Assembly (NCBI GenBank): GCA_963706955.1 | Contig: CAVPOC010000001.1 | Span: 64,001-128,000, forward strand | Direction: 5' to 3' | Length of the DNA: 64,000 bases | From: an uncultured Verrucomicrobiae bacterium | GTDB taxonomy: Bacteria > Verrucomicrobiota > Verrucomicrobiia > Chthoniobacterales > Terrimicrobiaceae | Shown here: positions 52,380 through 62,536 of the stretch, one piece after another | Position numbering within the stretch: the stretch's first letter is position 1 | Layout of the letters: the number at the start of each line of letters is the position of its first letter | Notes under the pieces: model-generated | Told to the model about the DNA's origin: nothing | Seen by the model: only the letters and a program-made list of their open reading frames with translations | Databases searched by the model: none | Position numbers and translations under genes: made by a program

Positions 52380-54120
52380 ATGACGATTACGCCGATCAAA
52401 GAGATTGCGGGGAAACCATTGAACGAGGAGCAGACGACTTATCTGACGGGCTTCTTCGCAGGGATGGCGCAGCGTGCGGTCGTCTTTGCCGATTTCCTCT
52501 CCGAAGCTAAGGGCGCGGCAAACTCTTCCTAAAGCCCCAGGGGAGAAAACAGTGAGGAGGAAGTCCAGCTCACCGCGGAGGAGCGCATTAAGAATGAGGA
52601 ACACCCTCTCGATTCTTACTATCGCCTCCTCGAAAATGCGAGAAGCAACCAGGCGCCGGACAAGGAGGAAACTTATCGATTCAAATGGAATGGCCTTTTT
52701 TATCTCTCTCCTGTGAAGGACGCCTTCATGGCGCGCCTTCGAATTCCGGGAGGGATCGTGAAAACGTATCAGCTTCGCGGCCTTGCCCAGACAGCAAAGG
52801 ATCTGACGAGCGGTTACTGCCAGATTACCACGCGCGCAAACTTCCAGATGCGTCTGATTCAGCCCAAGGATGCCCCCGAAGTGCTTAGACGCATCCAAGC
52901 CGTTGGACTTCATACCCGCGGCACCGGAGCTGACAATATCAGAAACCTGACGTCGAACCCGACGGCCGGAATCGATCCGCAAGAGCTAATCGATTGCACC
53001 CCCTATGTGCGCGAACTCGCAGACTTCATCCTTTCGCATCGCGAATTCTATAATCTGCCGCGCAAGTTCAACATTGCGTTCGACGGAGGAGGGTTGATCG
53101 GGTCGGTTGAGGATACGAACGACATCGGTGTGAAGGCCGTCAAGGTCGAAGACGATGTTTTCTTCCGCGTTGCCCTTGGAGGGGCGACCGGCCACAAGTC
53201 GTTTGCGCGTGATCTCGGCGTGATCGTGCCACCGCAGGAGATTGTCAAGGTAGTCATCGCCATTGTTCGCGTCTATGTGAGGAACGGCAATCGCGGAGAT
53301 CGAAAGAAGGCGCGCCTTAAGCATCTTCTCGATAAATGGACCATGGAGGAATACCTCGCGCGAGACGGAGAAAGTCCTCGGCGGCCAGCTTAAGCCGCAG
53401 TCCCTTCGACCCGAGGGCGATTGTCTACCCTGGCGCTGAATTGCCGCATAGCCATATCGGTGCTTACCCTCAGAAACAAACGGGTCTGCACTATCTCGGT
53501 GTGGCATTGCCGGCGGGACAGATTACGCCCGCGCAGATGTTTCGCGATTGCCGATCTGGCGGATAACTACGCCTCCGCCGAGATCCGGCTGACCGTCTGG
53601 CAGAACTTTATCATTCCAAACATTCCCGAGGCCTATGTCGAAACTGTCAAGAAAGCAGTCCGCAAGATGGGCTTTGACTATCAGCAATCGAATATTGCCA
53701 GCGGCGTCATCGCGTGCACGGGCAACAAGTATTGCAAGTTTTCCTCCACAGATACCAAAGGACATGCCTTAGCTTTGATCAAATATCTCGAGAAGCGGAT
53801 CAAACTCGATCAGCCGGTGAATATCCATTTTACCGGCTGTCCGAACTCATGCGCCCAACACTATATGGGGGACATCGGGATGTTGGGAGCGAAAACCCGA
53901 GACGGTCGAGAGGCGTATCATGTCTTTGTTGGCGGAGGATTTGGGACGAACGCGGCGTGCGGGAGACAGATTTACCAAGCCCTGCCGTTCGACGAATTGA
54001 ACGGTGCTGTGGAAAAGATTCTCCTCGCTTACCTCAAGCACCGCCAGGGCTACCGAGTCATTTCAGTCCTTTACGATGCGACACGATGTAAACTCTCTGC
54101 AAGTGCTTTTCCAGGAATGA
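52380..54120 (+). CDS. nirA: Siroheme/[4Fe-4S] nitrite reductase of the NirA family (in-frame TAA at 52530 and about 4 frameshifts)
   Basis: [51 protein letters not shown]...TGCPNSC; ends LFQE* overlapping the next ATG. Confidence 0.88.
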
Positions 54121-55725
54121 CCGGACTTAGCCTTGAAGTTAATCTCATTGATGAACTTCTTGCCGAGCAACAACGGCTCACGCCTGTTGAACGCTTCGCG
54201 AAAAGGCACGATCGTGCAGATTTTCCTGCTCAGGCGCACTACTATCGCGATTTAATCCCCTCCTCGCTGCCTGCACGGCGGCAACAATACGCGTTTGCCG
54301 TCGATCTCGACGTCTGCTCCGGCTGCAAGGCTTGTGTCAGTGCTTGCCATTCGCTGAATGGACTTGAGGAGGACGAAACCTGGCGCGACGTCGGACTGAT
54401 TACCGGCTCCGAAGCCGGAAAGCCGTATCTGCAGACGGTCACCACGGCTTGCCATCATTGCCTTGAACCCGCCTGCCTCGAGGGTTGCCCGGTTCTCGCT
54501 TACGATAAGCATCCCGAAACCGGAATTGTGCGCCATCTCGATGACCAATGTATCGGCTGCCAATACTGCACCATGAAGTGCCCCTACGACGTGCCGAAGT
54601 ATTCGCACCGTCTCGGGATCGTCAGGAAGTGCGACATGTGCACGGATCGTCTGGCTAGTCGGTGAGGCTCCCGCTTGTGTGCAGGCTTGCCCGCACGAAG
54701 CGATCGCCATTCGGCTGGTGGATGTTGCCGAAATCAACGCAGCGGCGTCGGCGGGCGCGCAGATCGTTCCGGGCGCATTTGATTCCGGCTATACCAAACC
54801 GACGACGAAGTATTTCTCGAAGAGAGGAATTCCGAAGAATGCCGAACCCGCCGACGCACATGCGCTGCGTCTGGAACACCCCCACTGGCCATTGATTATC
54901 ATGCTTCTCTTCTCGCAGCTCGCCGTGGGTATGTTTGTCACGAGTGCAGTCGATGGCGATGGTGAGTGGATCGTCGTCACTGTCCTGTGGCTTTGGCAGC
55001 GACAATCGGGTTTGCTACGCTTAACGCCGGGCTGGGTGCATCGGTTTTTCACCTGGGACGGCCGCTCGGCGCCTGGAGGTTTTTCCTTGGCCTGCGGACA
55101 TCATGGATGAGCCGGGAGATTCTGGCATTTGCAATTTTTGCGGCCGTCGCATTTCTTGGCACCGCGCTTTGCTGGATTGCTCCGGCCAGCGCTCTACGCC
55201 CGAGCCGGGCTGGCCGGCGCAGCCGCTGGTCGGCCTCCTGGCGGTCTTTACTTCGGTAATGATCTACGCGGATACACGCCGCGCGTGGTGGGCGCTAACT
55301 TCGACTGCGGCGAGATTCTACGGTGCGACCGTTATCCTGGGCTTAACCGCGGTCGCTGCGGTCTTGAGTCCGATCGCGGCGTCTGAGGCGGCGTTTCGCG
55401 TCGCTATGGCTCTCTCGATCGCGGCGCGGACAATATTTTTCGTCTGGGAAACACTAAGCAGCGTGCGAGCCGTGGCGGATCCTTCCAGTCCGATTCACCG
55501 CTCCGAGAAAACGATCCGCACGCTGCTGCCGTGGTTTGGTCGCGTCCGCGTGACCGTATTTGTTCTAGGAACACTTGTTTCCGTGGATGGCGCTCATCAC
55601 GAGCGCACCGGTGGCAATCGCTGCCGCAGGTCTGGCGCTGGCGCTTTCAGTGCTCGGTCATGTGCGTCGAGCGCTTCGGATTTTTTACAGCTGTGACGGC
55701 CCCCCGCATGCCCGGAGGCGTATGA
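54117..55725 (+). CDS. Fused 4x[4Fe-4S] ferredoxin (DmsB-like) and DmsC/NrfD-type membrane anchor (at least 5 frameshifts)
   Basis: [47 protein letters not shown]; then [28 protein letters not shown] and TM segments; ends RMPGGV*. Confidence 0.82.
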
Positions 55726-57984
55726 CGCAACTCAGGGAAAAAAGGGATAGCGTTGCGCGATTGGAACCGCTGCGTGAAGCGTTTGCCCTTCGAGCTTGGA
55801 ACGGACCTTTAACCGAAGAACTCATCCGCAACCCTGGTAAATTTGGGCTTGGGCAGGTGCCGGCACGACTGGCGCCGGATGCGACCACGACGATGGTCTG
55901 TGGCTTCTGTTCGACTGGCTGCGGCCTTAATATTCATATGCGCAACGGACAGGCGATCAACCTAAGTGCGGACAGCAGCTACCCAGTCAATCTGGGAATG
56001 GCCTGTCCCAAGGGATGGGAGGCGCTCACCCCACTGTCCGCTCCCGATCGCGGCACCACCCCAATGGTCCGGGCGGTCCGCGGCGGTCCCCTTGAAGCGT
56101 GCGATTGGGAGCGCGCCCTGATCTTGTTCTGCGAGCGATTCAAAGAGCTTCGGCGCAACTATGGTCCGGAGTCGGTTGCTTTCCTGAGCACAGGACAGAT
56201 CACTACTGAGGAGATGGCCTTCCTCGGATGTCTGTTCAAGTTCGGCATGGGATTTGTGCACTGTGACAGTAACACCCGCCAGTGCATGGCCACATCGCAT
56301 GTCGCCTACAAAGAGTCCTTCGGCTTCGACGCGCCGCCCTTTACCTATGCGGATTTTGAACTCTCGGATGTGTTGGTCTTTGTCGGGGCGAATCCGTGTC
56401 TTGCTCATCCCATCATGTGGCAGCGCGTCATGCGCAATCCGAAAAAGCCTGAAATTCTCGTGGTCGATCCTCGCACCACCGAAACTTCGATGGCGGCGAC
56501 GCAGCACTTTTCCATTCGGCCGAAGTCGGACCTGGTGCTGCTTTACGGTCTTGCGAATCTGCTGATCGCCAGCGATTCGATCGACCGCCCTTTCATTGAT
56601 GCGCACACTTCCGGCTTCGAAGAATTTGCTCGCTTTGTCAGCGCGTTCACCCCGGAGCGTGTCGCTCGGGAAACCGAACTGAGTGTCGCCCAGTTGGAGC
56701 GATTTGCCCGAACAATTGGACAGGGACAGGCCGTCTCCTTTTGGTGGACGATGGGAGTGAATCAGGGCCACGAATCGACGCGGACGGCGCAGGCGATCAT
56801 CAATCTGGCGCTAATGACGGGCAACATCGGCCGCCCTGGAACTGGTGCAAATTCGATTACCGGGCAGTGTAATGCGATGGGCTCGCGGCTGTTCGCAAAC
56901 ATCACCAGCCTTCTCGGTGGCCACAACGTGGACGAAGAGATGCACCGCCGTAAGATCTCGAGAGTATTGGGAATTCGAGAAGAAGCTATCCCTCGTGGCC
57001 CTTCGATGGCCTACGATCAAATCGTGCGAAGCATCGCCGATGGCAGGATCAAAGGTCTCTGGGTCATCGCGACCAACTCATCCCACTCGTGGATCCATCA
57101 AGATGACTTTAACAACCTCATCAACAAACTCGATTTCCTCGTTGTGCAGGACATGTATCCTACCACCGAGACCGCACAGCGAGCGGATCTCTACTTTCCG
57201 GCAGCGGGCTGGGGCGAAAAGGAAGGCACCTTGATCAACTCCGAGCGCCGAATCGGACTCGTCAAGAAAGTGCGACGCGCGCCGGGGCGGGCACTTTCCG
57301 ATTTCCATATTTGCCAGTTGATCGCGCACTATTGGGGATGTGAGGGGATGTTTGCACGGTGGACTTCGCCCGAAGCTGTCTTTCAAACCTTGAAAGCAGT
57401 TTCTGAAGGGATGCCCAACGATATCACTGGCGTCCGCGACTATGGCATGATCGATGAATGTGGCGGCATCCAATGGCCGCTCAGCGATGCCGATGTCTCT
57501 CGATTTGCCAGTGCTAAGTTTCAAGTTCCGTCGGAAAGGCGATTGTTCGAGGACGGCAAGTTCTTTACCCCTGATCGTCGGGCACGTTTCGTTTTCGAAC
57601 AACCACGCATGGCACCGGAGCAAGTCGATGCAGAATATCCTTTTCTCCTCATGACCGGACGCGGGACATCGTCGCAGTGGCACACCAACACCCGGACGGG
57701 CAAATCGGATGTGCTGCGCAAGCTTTATCCCCCCAACTGCTATGTGGAAATAAATCCTCACGATGCTGAGAAGTTGGGCATTCGGAAAAACATCCGTCGT
57801 GAGAATCGCATCCCGGCGTGCGCAGGTTCGAGCGACGGCATTTGTGACGCCGACGATCCGACCTGGGCAGCTCTTCATTCCCATGCACTATCGCGAAGCA
57901 AACCGGTTGACCTTTCCGTCCTTTGATCCCTACTCCCGTCAGCCGTCTTACAAGGCATGCGCGGTGCAGGTTGAAGCGATTTGA
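55722..57984 (+). CDS. nasA: Molybdo-bisPGD assimilatory nitrate reductase catalytic subunit (frameshift near 57790)
   Basis: CGFCSTGC...MACPKG, NTRQCM (Mo-ligand Cys), [45 protein letters not shown]; no Tat signal. Confidence 0.9.
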
Positions 57985-58057
57985 AGACGTGAAACGACTG
58001 CTTTTTTGCAGCGCTTAACGGCATAGTCTTGTGGACGAATCGGCGGAACCTAGGCCG

Positions 58058-58624
58058 CTACAAATCGTCAGGGGAGTTCCAGTTGGTAAACAGAGCCGAT
58101 TGCGAATCGGAAATCTCCTTTGCGTTCATCATTCCTGCTTTAAGAGCTTCGTCAATGAGACGCTGAAACGAGCGATCGTTGCCTGCGAGAATCTCTTCGA
58201 CAAGCGGAAGGATTTTGAGCGGGTAGACCGCAGCTGTCCCGCAATAAAATCCCTCATGGAGCGGCACAGTTCCGGCGCATTCAGATTCTTCGATTAATTC
58301 CCGAAGAAAGTTGACCGTTATTCGTGGCATGTCCACGGCCAGCGTCACCAAAAAGCCGGAGGCAGTCTGCCGCAAAGCGGCTTCAAGACCACCAAGAGGC
58401 CCGAGGCCGGCAACCCGATCATGAACGAACGTCCACGGTCCTGGTGGGAATTCCATACCCGACTGCACTGAGAAGAAGAGCTGATCCGGACCGAGTTTGG
58501 CCAACTTGTCGATCTGAAAGCGCCACATTGGCATGCCTTCATACTCGATCGAAGCCTTGTTAGTTCCCATGCGACTCGATCGGCCACCGGCGAGCAAGAC
58601 AGCGGCGAATTTTTCATGGTTCAT
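58058..58624 (-). CDS. mobA: Molybdenum cofactor guanylyltransferase
   Basis: LLAGGRSSRMG.NKA, GPLGG, AVDMP, NWNSPDD. Confidence 0.9.
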   Translation of the reverse strand: MNHEKFAAVLLAGGRSSRMGTNKASIEYEGMPMWRFQIDKLAKLGPDQLFFSVQSGMEFPPGPWTFVHDRVAGLGPLGGLEAALRQTASGFLVTLAVDMPRITVNFLRELIEESECAGTVPLHEGFYCGTAAVYPLKILPLVEEILAGNDRSFQRLIDEALKAGMMNAKEISDSQSALFTNWNSPDDL

Positions 58625-59087
58625 CGACCTTGAGGATTCCATCGGTGAGGATTCTCGCGCGGAGGCCGCCGCGCCCTTTCATGGCGGCTTCCGCGCCTTC
58701 GCAAAAGGCCTGATTCATCCAGGAACAGGGCGCAGATTCCTGCGTTCCTTCAAAGAACACTCCTTGAACCTCGAACTCTTTACCAATCCAGAAGTTTAGA
58801 TCAATGCCACGCGTTATAACATTACGGCGGAAGGCGCCGGGATTTTTGTCTGTGACCCCGAAGCGACGGCAGAGATCCACATACGTCTCCCACGCGAAAA
58901 AGGTGATCTGGCCCTTGTAATCGTTCTTATGGTCGAAATAACGATCGCCGACGAGTCCCTTGCCAGCAATGCACTCGACCTGAGCCACCGAAACGCTAGG
59001 ATGCTCGCCCGCGGGAAGACCGTAATGTCCGACAAAATTGTGAGCCGGCGAAATATAGATGGCGGCAATTTGCACGTGTGAAGCCAT
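58614..59087 (-). CDS. MOSC-domain protein
   Basis: GLVGDRYF, QITFF, FRRNVI..GIDL, SAPCSWM, GRGGLRARIL..G. Confidence 0.85.
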   Translation of the reverse strand: MASHVQIAAIYISPAHNFVGHYGLPAGEHPSVSVAQVECIAGKGLVGDRYFDHKNDYKGQITFFAWETYVDLCRRFGVTDKNPGAFRRNVITRGIDLNFWIGKEFEVQGVFFEGTQESAPCSWMNQAFCEGAEAAMKGRGGLRARILTDGILKVDEP

Positions 59088-59279
59088 GCTAAAAAAACTA
59101 TTTGATTCTCGGCAAACTGCGCCGTTTTTCTTGAGAAGTTGTTCGAGCTTGTCCTTGGTTCCTCTGCGAACTCCTTGTCCGCTCTTCTGAAGCACCTTCA
59201 GCTCCAGCGACTTTAGACCGGACGGGGATTCTTTGAACTTTACGGGAGTGGGCTTAGAGCGAAAATTGCACTGCATTCG

Positions 59280-60431
59280 ATGAAACGTCCAGAGGCCGGC
59301 AACTTCCCACGGCGAGATCCTGAGAGGCAGACCTTCGCCGGCCTTATCGTCCGCGAACGAAATCCAGAGAACCTCGAGTTTCCTTTTTCTACCCTAAATA
59401 GTTTTCTCACTTCCAAGGAACAGTTCTTCGTTCGCAGTCACTTCGGAGTTCCGAAACTGGAGCTGGACGCTTGGCGACTCGTGATCGAGGGACGGGTGGA
59501 GGAGCCGTATGAGATCGGCTTCGATGAATTGCTTCGGATGCCATCGCGCACCGTGACGATGACCTTAGAATGTGCGGGCAACAGCCGGATTTTTCTTTCA
59601 CCGAAGGTAGGAGGGGTGCAGTGGGAACTTGGTGCGGTCAGCACTGCAGAGTGGACCGGCGTGCCGCTCGCAGCTATGCTCAAACGAGCTGGAGTCAAAG
59701 CGGGAGCGACGGAGGTCGTGCTCGAAGGCGCGGACAATGGTGCTATCGCGAAGGAACCTGTATCGCCGGGGAAAATCCACTATGCGCGCAGCCTTCCACT
59801 GGCCAAGGCGCTGATGCCCGAAGTGATTCTCGCCTACCGCATGAACAGCGAGCCTTTGCCGCCTTCGCACGGTTTTCCGCTGCGCGCGATTGTGCCTGGA
59901 TGGTATGGAATGGCATCAGTCAAATGGTTGACGCGCGTCGTTGTCACGGATGGTACTTTCCGCGGCTACTTTCAAACTTCAGATTACTCCTTCTGGGAGC
60001 AGCGTGACGAACTGCCCATCCAATTGCTGCCCGTGAGCGAGGTTGAAGTGAAGGCTGAAGTCGCCCGGCCTGCCTTGCACGAAATCATCGGGGCCGACAC
60101 GATCTACCGGGTTTATGGCGCGGCATGGACGGGAGAGTCTGAGATAAGCAGAGTGGAGATGAGCACTGATGGAGGAAACCGTTGGGAAGAGGCGCAACTG
60201 TTAGGTGAATCAGTGCCATATGCCTGGCGTTTTTGGGAGTATTATTGGCGGACGCCAGGACAAGCTGGAATCTACACGCTGATGGCGCGCGCGACGGATG
60301 CACGCGGTAACGTGCAGGCCATGCAACGCGACGCTCATCGTGGATCATACATGATCAGCCATGTGCAGCCGATCGAGGTCGAGGTTCGAAAGCTCTCTGC
60401 ATTACCCTCAACCGACAGCTACGCAATATGA
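59280..60431 (+). CDS. Sulfite-oxidase-family molybdoenzyme, no export signal and no heme domain
   Basis: FFVRSH, LECAGN.R, WTGVPL, MN.EPL...HGFPLR..VPGWYG..SVKWL, C-terminal dimerisation domain. Confidence 0.9.
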   Translation: MKRPEAGNFPRRDPERQTFAGLIVRERNPENLEFPFSTLNSFLTSKEQFFVRSHFGVPKLELDAWRLVIEGRVEEPYEIGFDELLRMPSRTVTMTLECAGNSRIFLSPKVGGVQWELGAVSTAEWTGVPLAAMLKRAGVKAGATEVVLEGADNGAIAKEPVSPGKIHYARSLPLAKALMPEVILAYRMNSEPLPPSHGFPLRAIVPGWYGMASVKWLTRVVVTDGTFRGYFQTSDYSFWEQRDELPIQLLPVSEVEVKAEVARPALHEIIGADTIYRVYGAAWTGESEISRVEMSTDGGNRWEEAQLLGESVPYAWRFWEYYWRTPGQAGIYTLMARATDARGNVQAMQRDAHRGSYMISHVQPIEVEVRKLSALPSTDSYAI

Positions 60432-60624
60432 GGATGAGCCGTGCAGGGTTTGATCGGTCTGACAAGAGCATAAGCGAGGTGAAACCTGGCGACCGTCTCC
60501 AAACGTAAAAAAGGTGCTCTTGATTGGAGGGAAATGTCTGCGTTCGACGAACACGCAAAAAAATTTGCCGGCGGTAGCATGAAAAGGGCAGCGAGCCTTC
60601 GATGTCGACGGGAGAGATCATAGG

Positions 60625-61896
60625 ATGGCACATTTTGGACTGATTTGTCCCGAATTGAGCGGGCATCTCAATCCAATGACGACGCTGGGTCGTGAACTCA
60701 AGCGGCGTGGGCACCGTGTGACACTCATTGGTCGACCGGATGCGCAGAAGAAGACCGAAACCGCCGGCCTTGAATTTGCCGTCGTCGGCGAAAAGGAGTT
60801 CCCTGCGGGTTCGCTGGTTCAGACCACGGCAAAGCTCGGACGTTTGGCCGGATTGAATGCGATTCGATTTACAGCCGAGTTGCTGCGGCGCGCCGCAGTC
60901 ACAGTCTTGGATCAGGCGCCGGACGCCGTTAGGACTGCAGGTGTCGACGCATTGCTGGTGGATCAGGTCACCCCTGCCGGAGAGACGGTCGCGGAGATGC
61001 TGCATTTGCCATTTGTTTCGGTTTGCAATGCGCTGGCGCTAAATCCGGACCGAGCTCTTCCCCCAGCAGTGACACCGTGGCGTTACCGTCGAGGCACAAT
61101 CTGGCGCTGGCGCAATGCGCTTGGCGATTCGATTCTGCGGATAGCCGCCCGACCGATCATTCGCGAGATCAACGCGCGGCGTGTCCGACACGGGCTATCA
61201 GAAATGGCAGTGCGGATCTCGGATGGTGTGGGGTCGGCGCAAATCGCCCAGCAGCCAGCCTTTTTCGACTACCCGCGTGAGCGTCTGCCAAACAACTTCC
61301 ATTACACAGGTCCCTGGCACGCGCTTGAGTCCGGCGATAAAATGGAGTTCCCGTGGGAGAAATTAGACGACCGCCCATTAATATACGCTTCGATGGGAAC
61401 TCTGCAGAACCGACAAGCGCCCATCTTTCAGGCGATCGCTTCCGCCTGCGCAGGGCTAAACGCGCAGCTCGTTTTGTCACTGGGAAGCCACGATCAACGC
61501 ATCGACCTAAAATTGGCAGGCGCGGCCATTGTCGTCCCGTTCGCTCCGCAACTTGAGTTGCTGGGACGTGCCGCGCTAACGATTACGCACGCCGGACTGA
61601 ACACCGCCCTCGAGTCTTTGGCCCAAGGTGTGCCGATGGTGGCTATTCCCATTACAAATGACCAACCGGGAGTCGCCAGTCGTCTCGAATGGCTGGGTGT
61701 TGCCAGGATCGTGCCGCCAGCGCGGCTGACTGCCCATCGTTTGCGTGCCAGCGTGAGGACCGTTCTCGATGAGCCTTACTACCGTGCACGGGCTCGGCAA
61801 TGGAAGTTGACTCTCGCCAGCATTGAGGGCCTTCGACTTGCCGCCGATATCGTCGAGCGTGCCATCAAGAGCGGGCAACCCGTGCGGCGGCCGTAA
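60625..61896 (+). CDS. GT1 UDP-glycosyltransferase (MGT/CrtX-like)
   Basis: HFGLICP..GHLNP, YASMGT, FAPQLELL, ITHAGLNT.LE, PMV.IP..NDQP. Confidence 0.9.
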   Translation: MAHFGLICPELSGHLNPMTTLGRELKRRGHRVTLIGRPDAQKKTETAGLEFAVVGEKEFPAGSLVQTTAKLGRLAGLNAIRFTAELLRRAAVTVLDQAPDAVRTAGVDALLVDQVTPAGETVAEMLHLPFVSVCNALALNPDRALPPAVTPWRYRRGTIWRWRNALGDSILRIAARPIIREINARRVRHGLSEMAVRISDGVGSAQIAQQPAFFDYPRERLPNNFHYTGPWHALESGDKMEFPWEKLDDRPLIYASMGTLQNRQAPIFQAIASACAGLNAQLVLSLGSHDQRIDLKLAGAAIVVPFAPQLELLGRAALTITHAGLNTALESLAQGVPMVAIPITNDQPGVASRLEWLGVARIVPPARLTAHRLRASVRTVLDEPYYRARARQWKLTLASIEGLRLAADIVERAIKSGQPVRRP

Positions 61897-61943
61897 GCCC
61901 GTTGCAATTGGCTTTTTTAGAGGGTATTATCAATGGGCCGACG

Positions 61944-62252
61944 ATGCCAGTTCACCGGGTCGCTTCTACCAACGAATTGCCGCCGGGCAGCGCACTTGCT
62001 GTTGAGGTTGCCGGCAGGACGATCGGTTTGTTCAACGTGGATGGTGCGATCTACGCCATCGACAACATTTGCACGCACGATAGCGCGCCCCTGAGCGAAG
62101 GCGTGGTCACCGACGGGTGCGTCGTCTGTCCCTGGCATGGAGCCCAGTTCGACCTCGCTACGGGTCAAGCGCTCACCCCTCCCGCCGTTGAAGACGTCAG
62201 GACCTACGAGGTCGTCGTGTCCGGCGACGATGTCTGCCTGCAAATTGATTAG
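61944..62252 (+). CDS. Rieske-type [2Fe-2S] ferredoxin
   Basis: CTH...CPWHG.QFD..TG; 102 aa. Confidence 0.9.
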   Translation: MPVHRVASTNELPPGSALAVEVAGRTIGLFNVDGAIYAIDNICTHDSAPLSEGVVTDGCVVCPWHGAQFDLATGQALTPPAVEDVRTYEVVVSGDDVCLQID

Positions 62253-62536
62253 CTTGAGGCGGCGGCCATTTGGTTTCCGAATTGAACTCAGTAAGGGCTT
62301 GGAATGGCACGTGGTTGAGCTCCCACCGGGCCTCCAGCGGATCTAAACTCGATCAACACCTGGCGCGTCTTCTGGATAAGGATTCTTCTGTCTGGGTAAT
62401 CAGAAAGTCGATTAGGCCTCCTAAGCAAAGGCGTGGTGACTCCGCAGCTTCAACGGCCTTGTGAGGTCTTGCGGGGATAAGCGGGTGGGGCGAACCGGCA
62501 CCAGCGCAGAGGGTGCGCGTCCTCGCCGATTTGATA

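Noticed and set aside
62253..62536. Short ORFs or a transposase remnant between the Rieske gene and capA
   Set aside because: No recognisable motif in the frames I read and no terminal inverted repeats.
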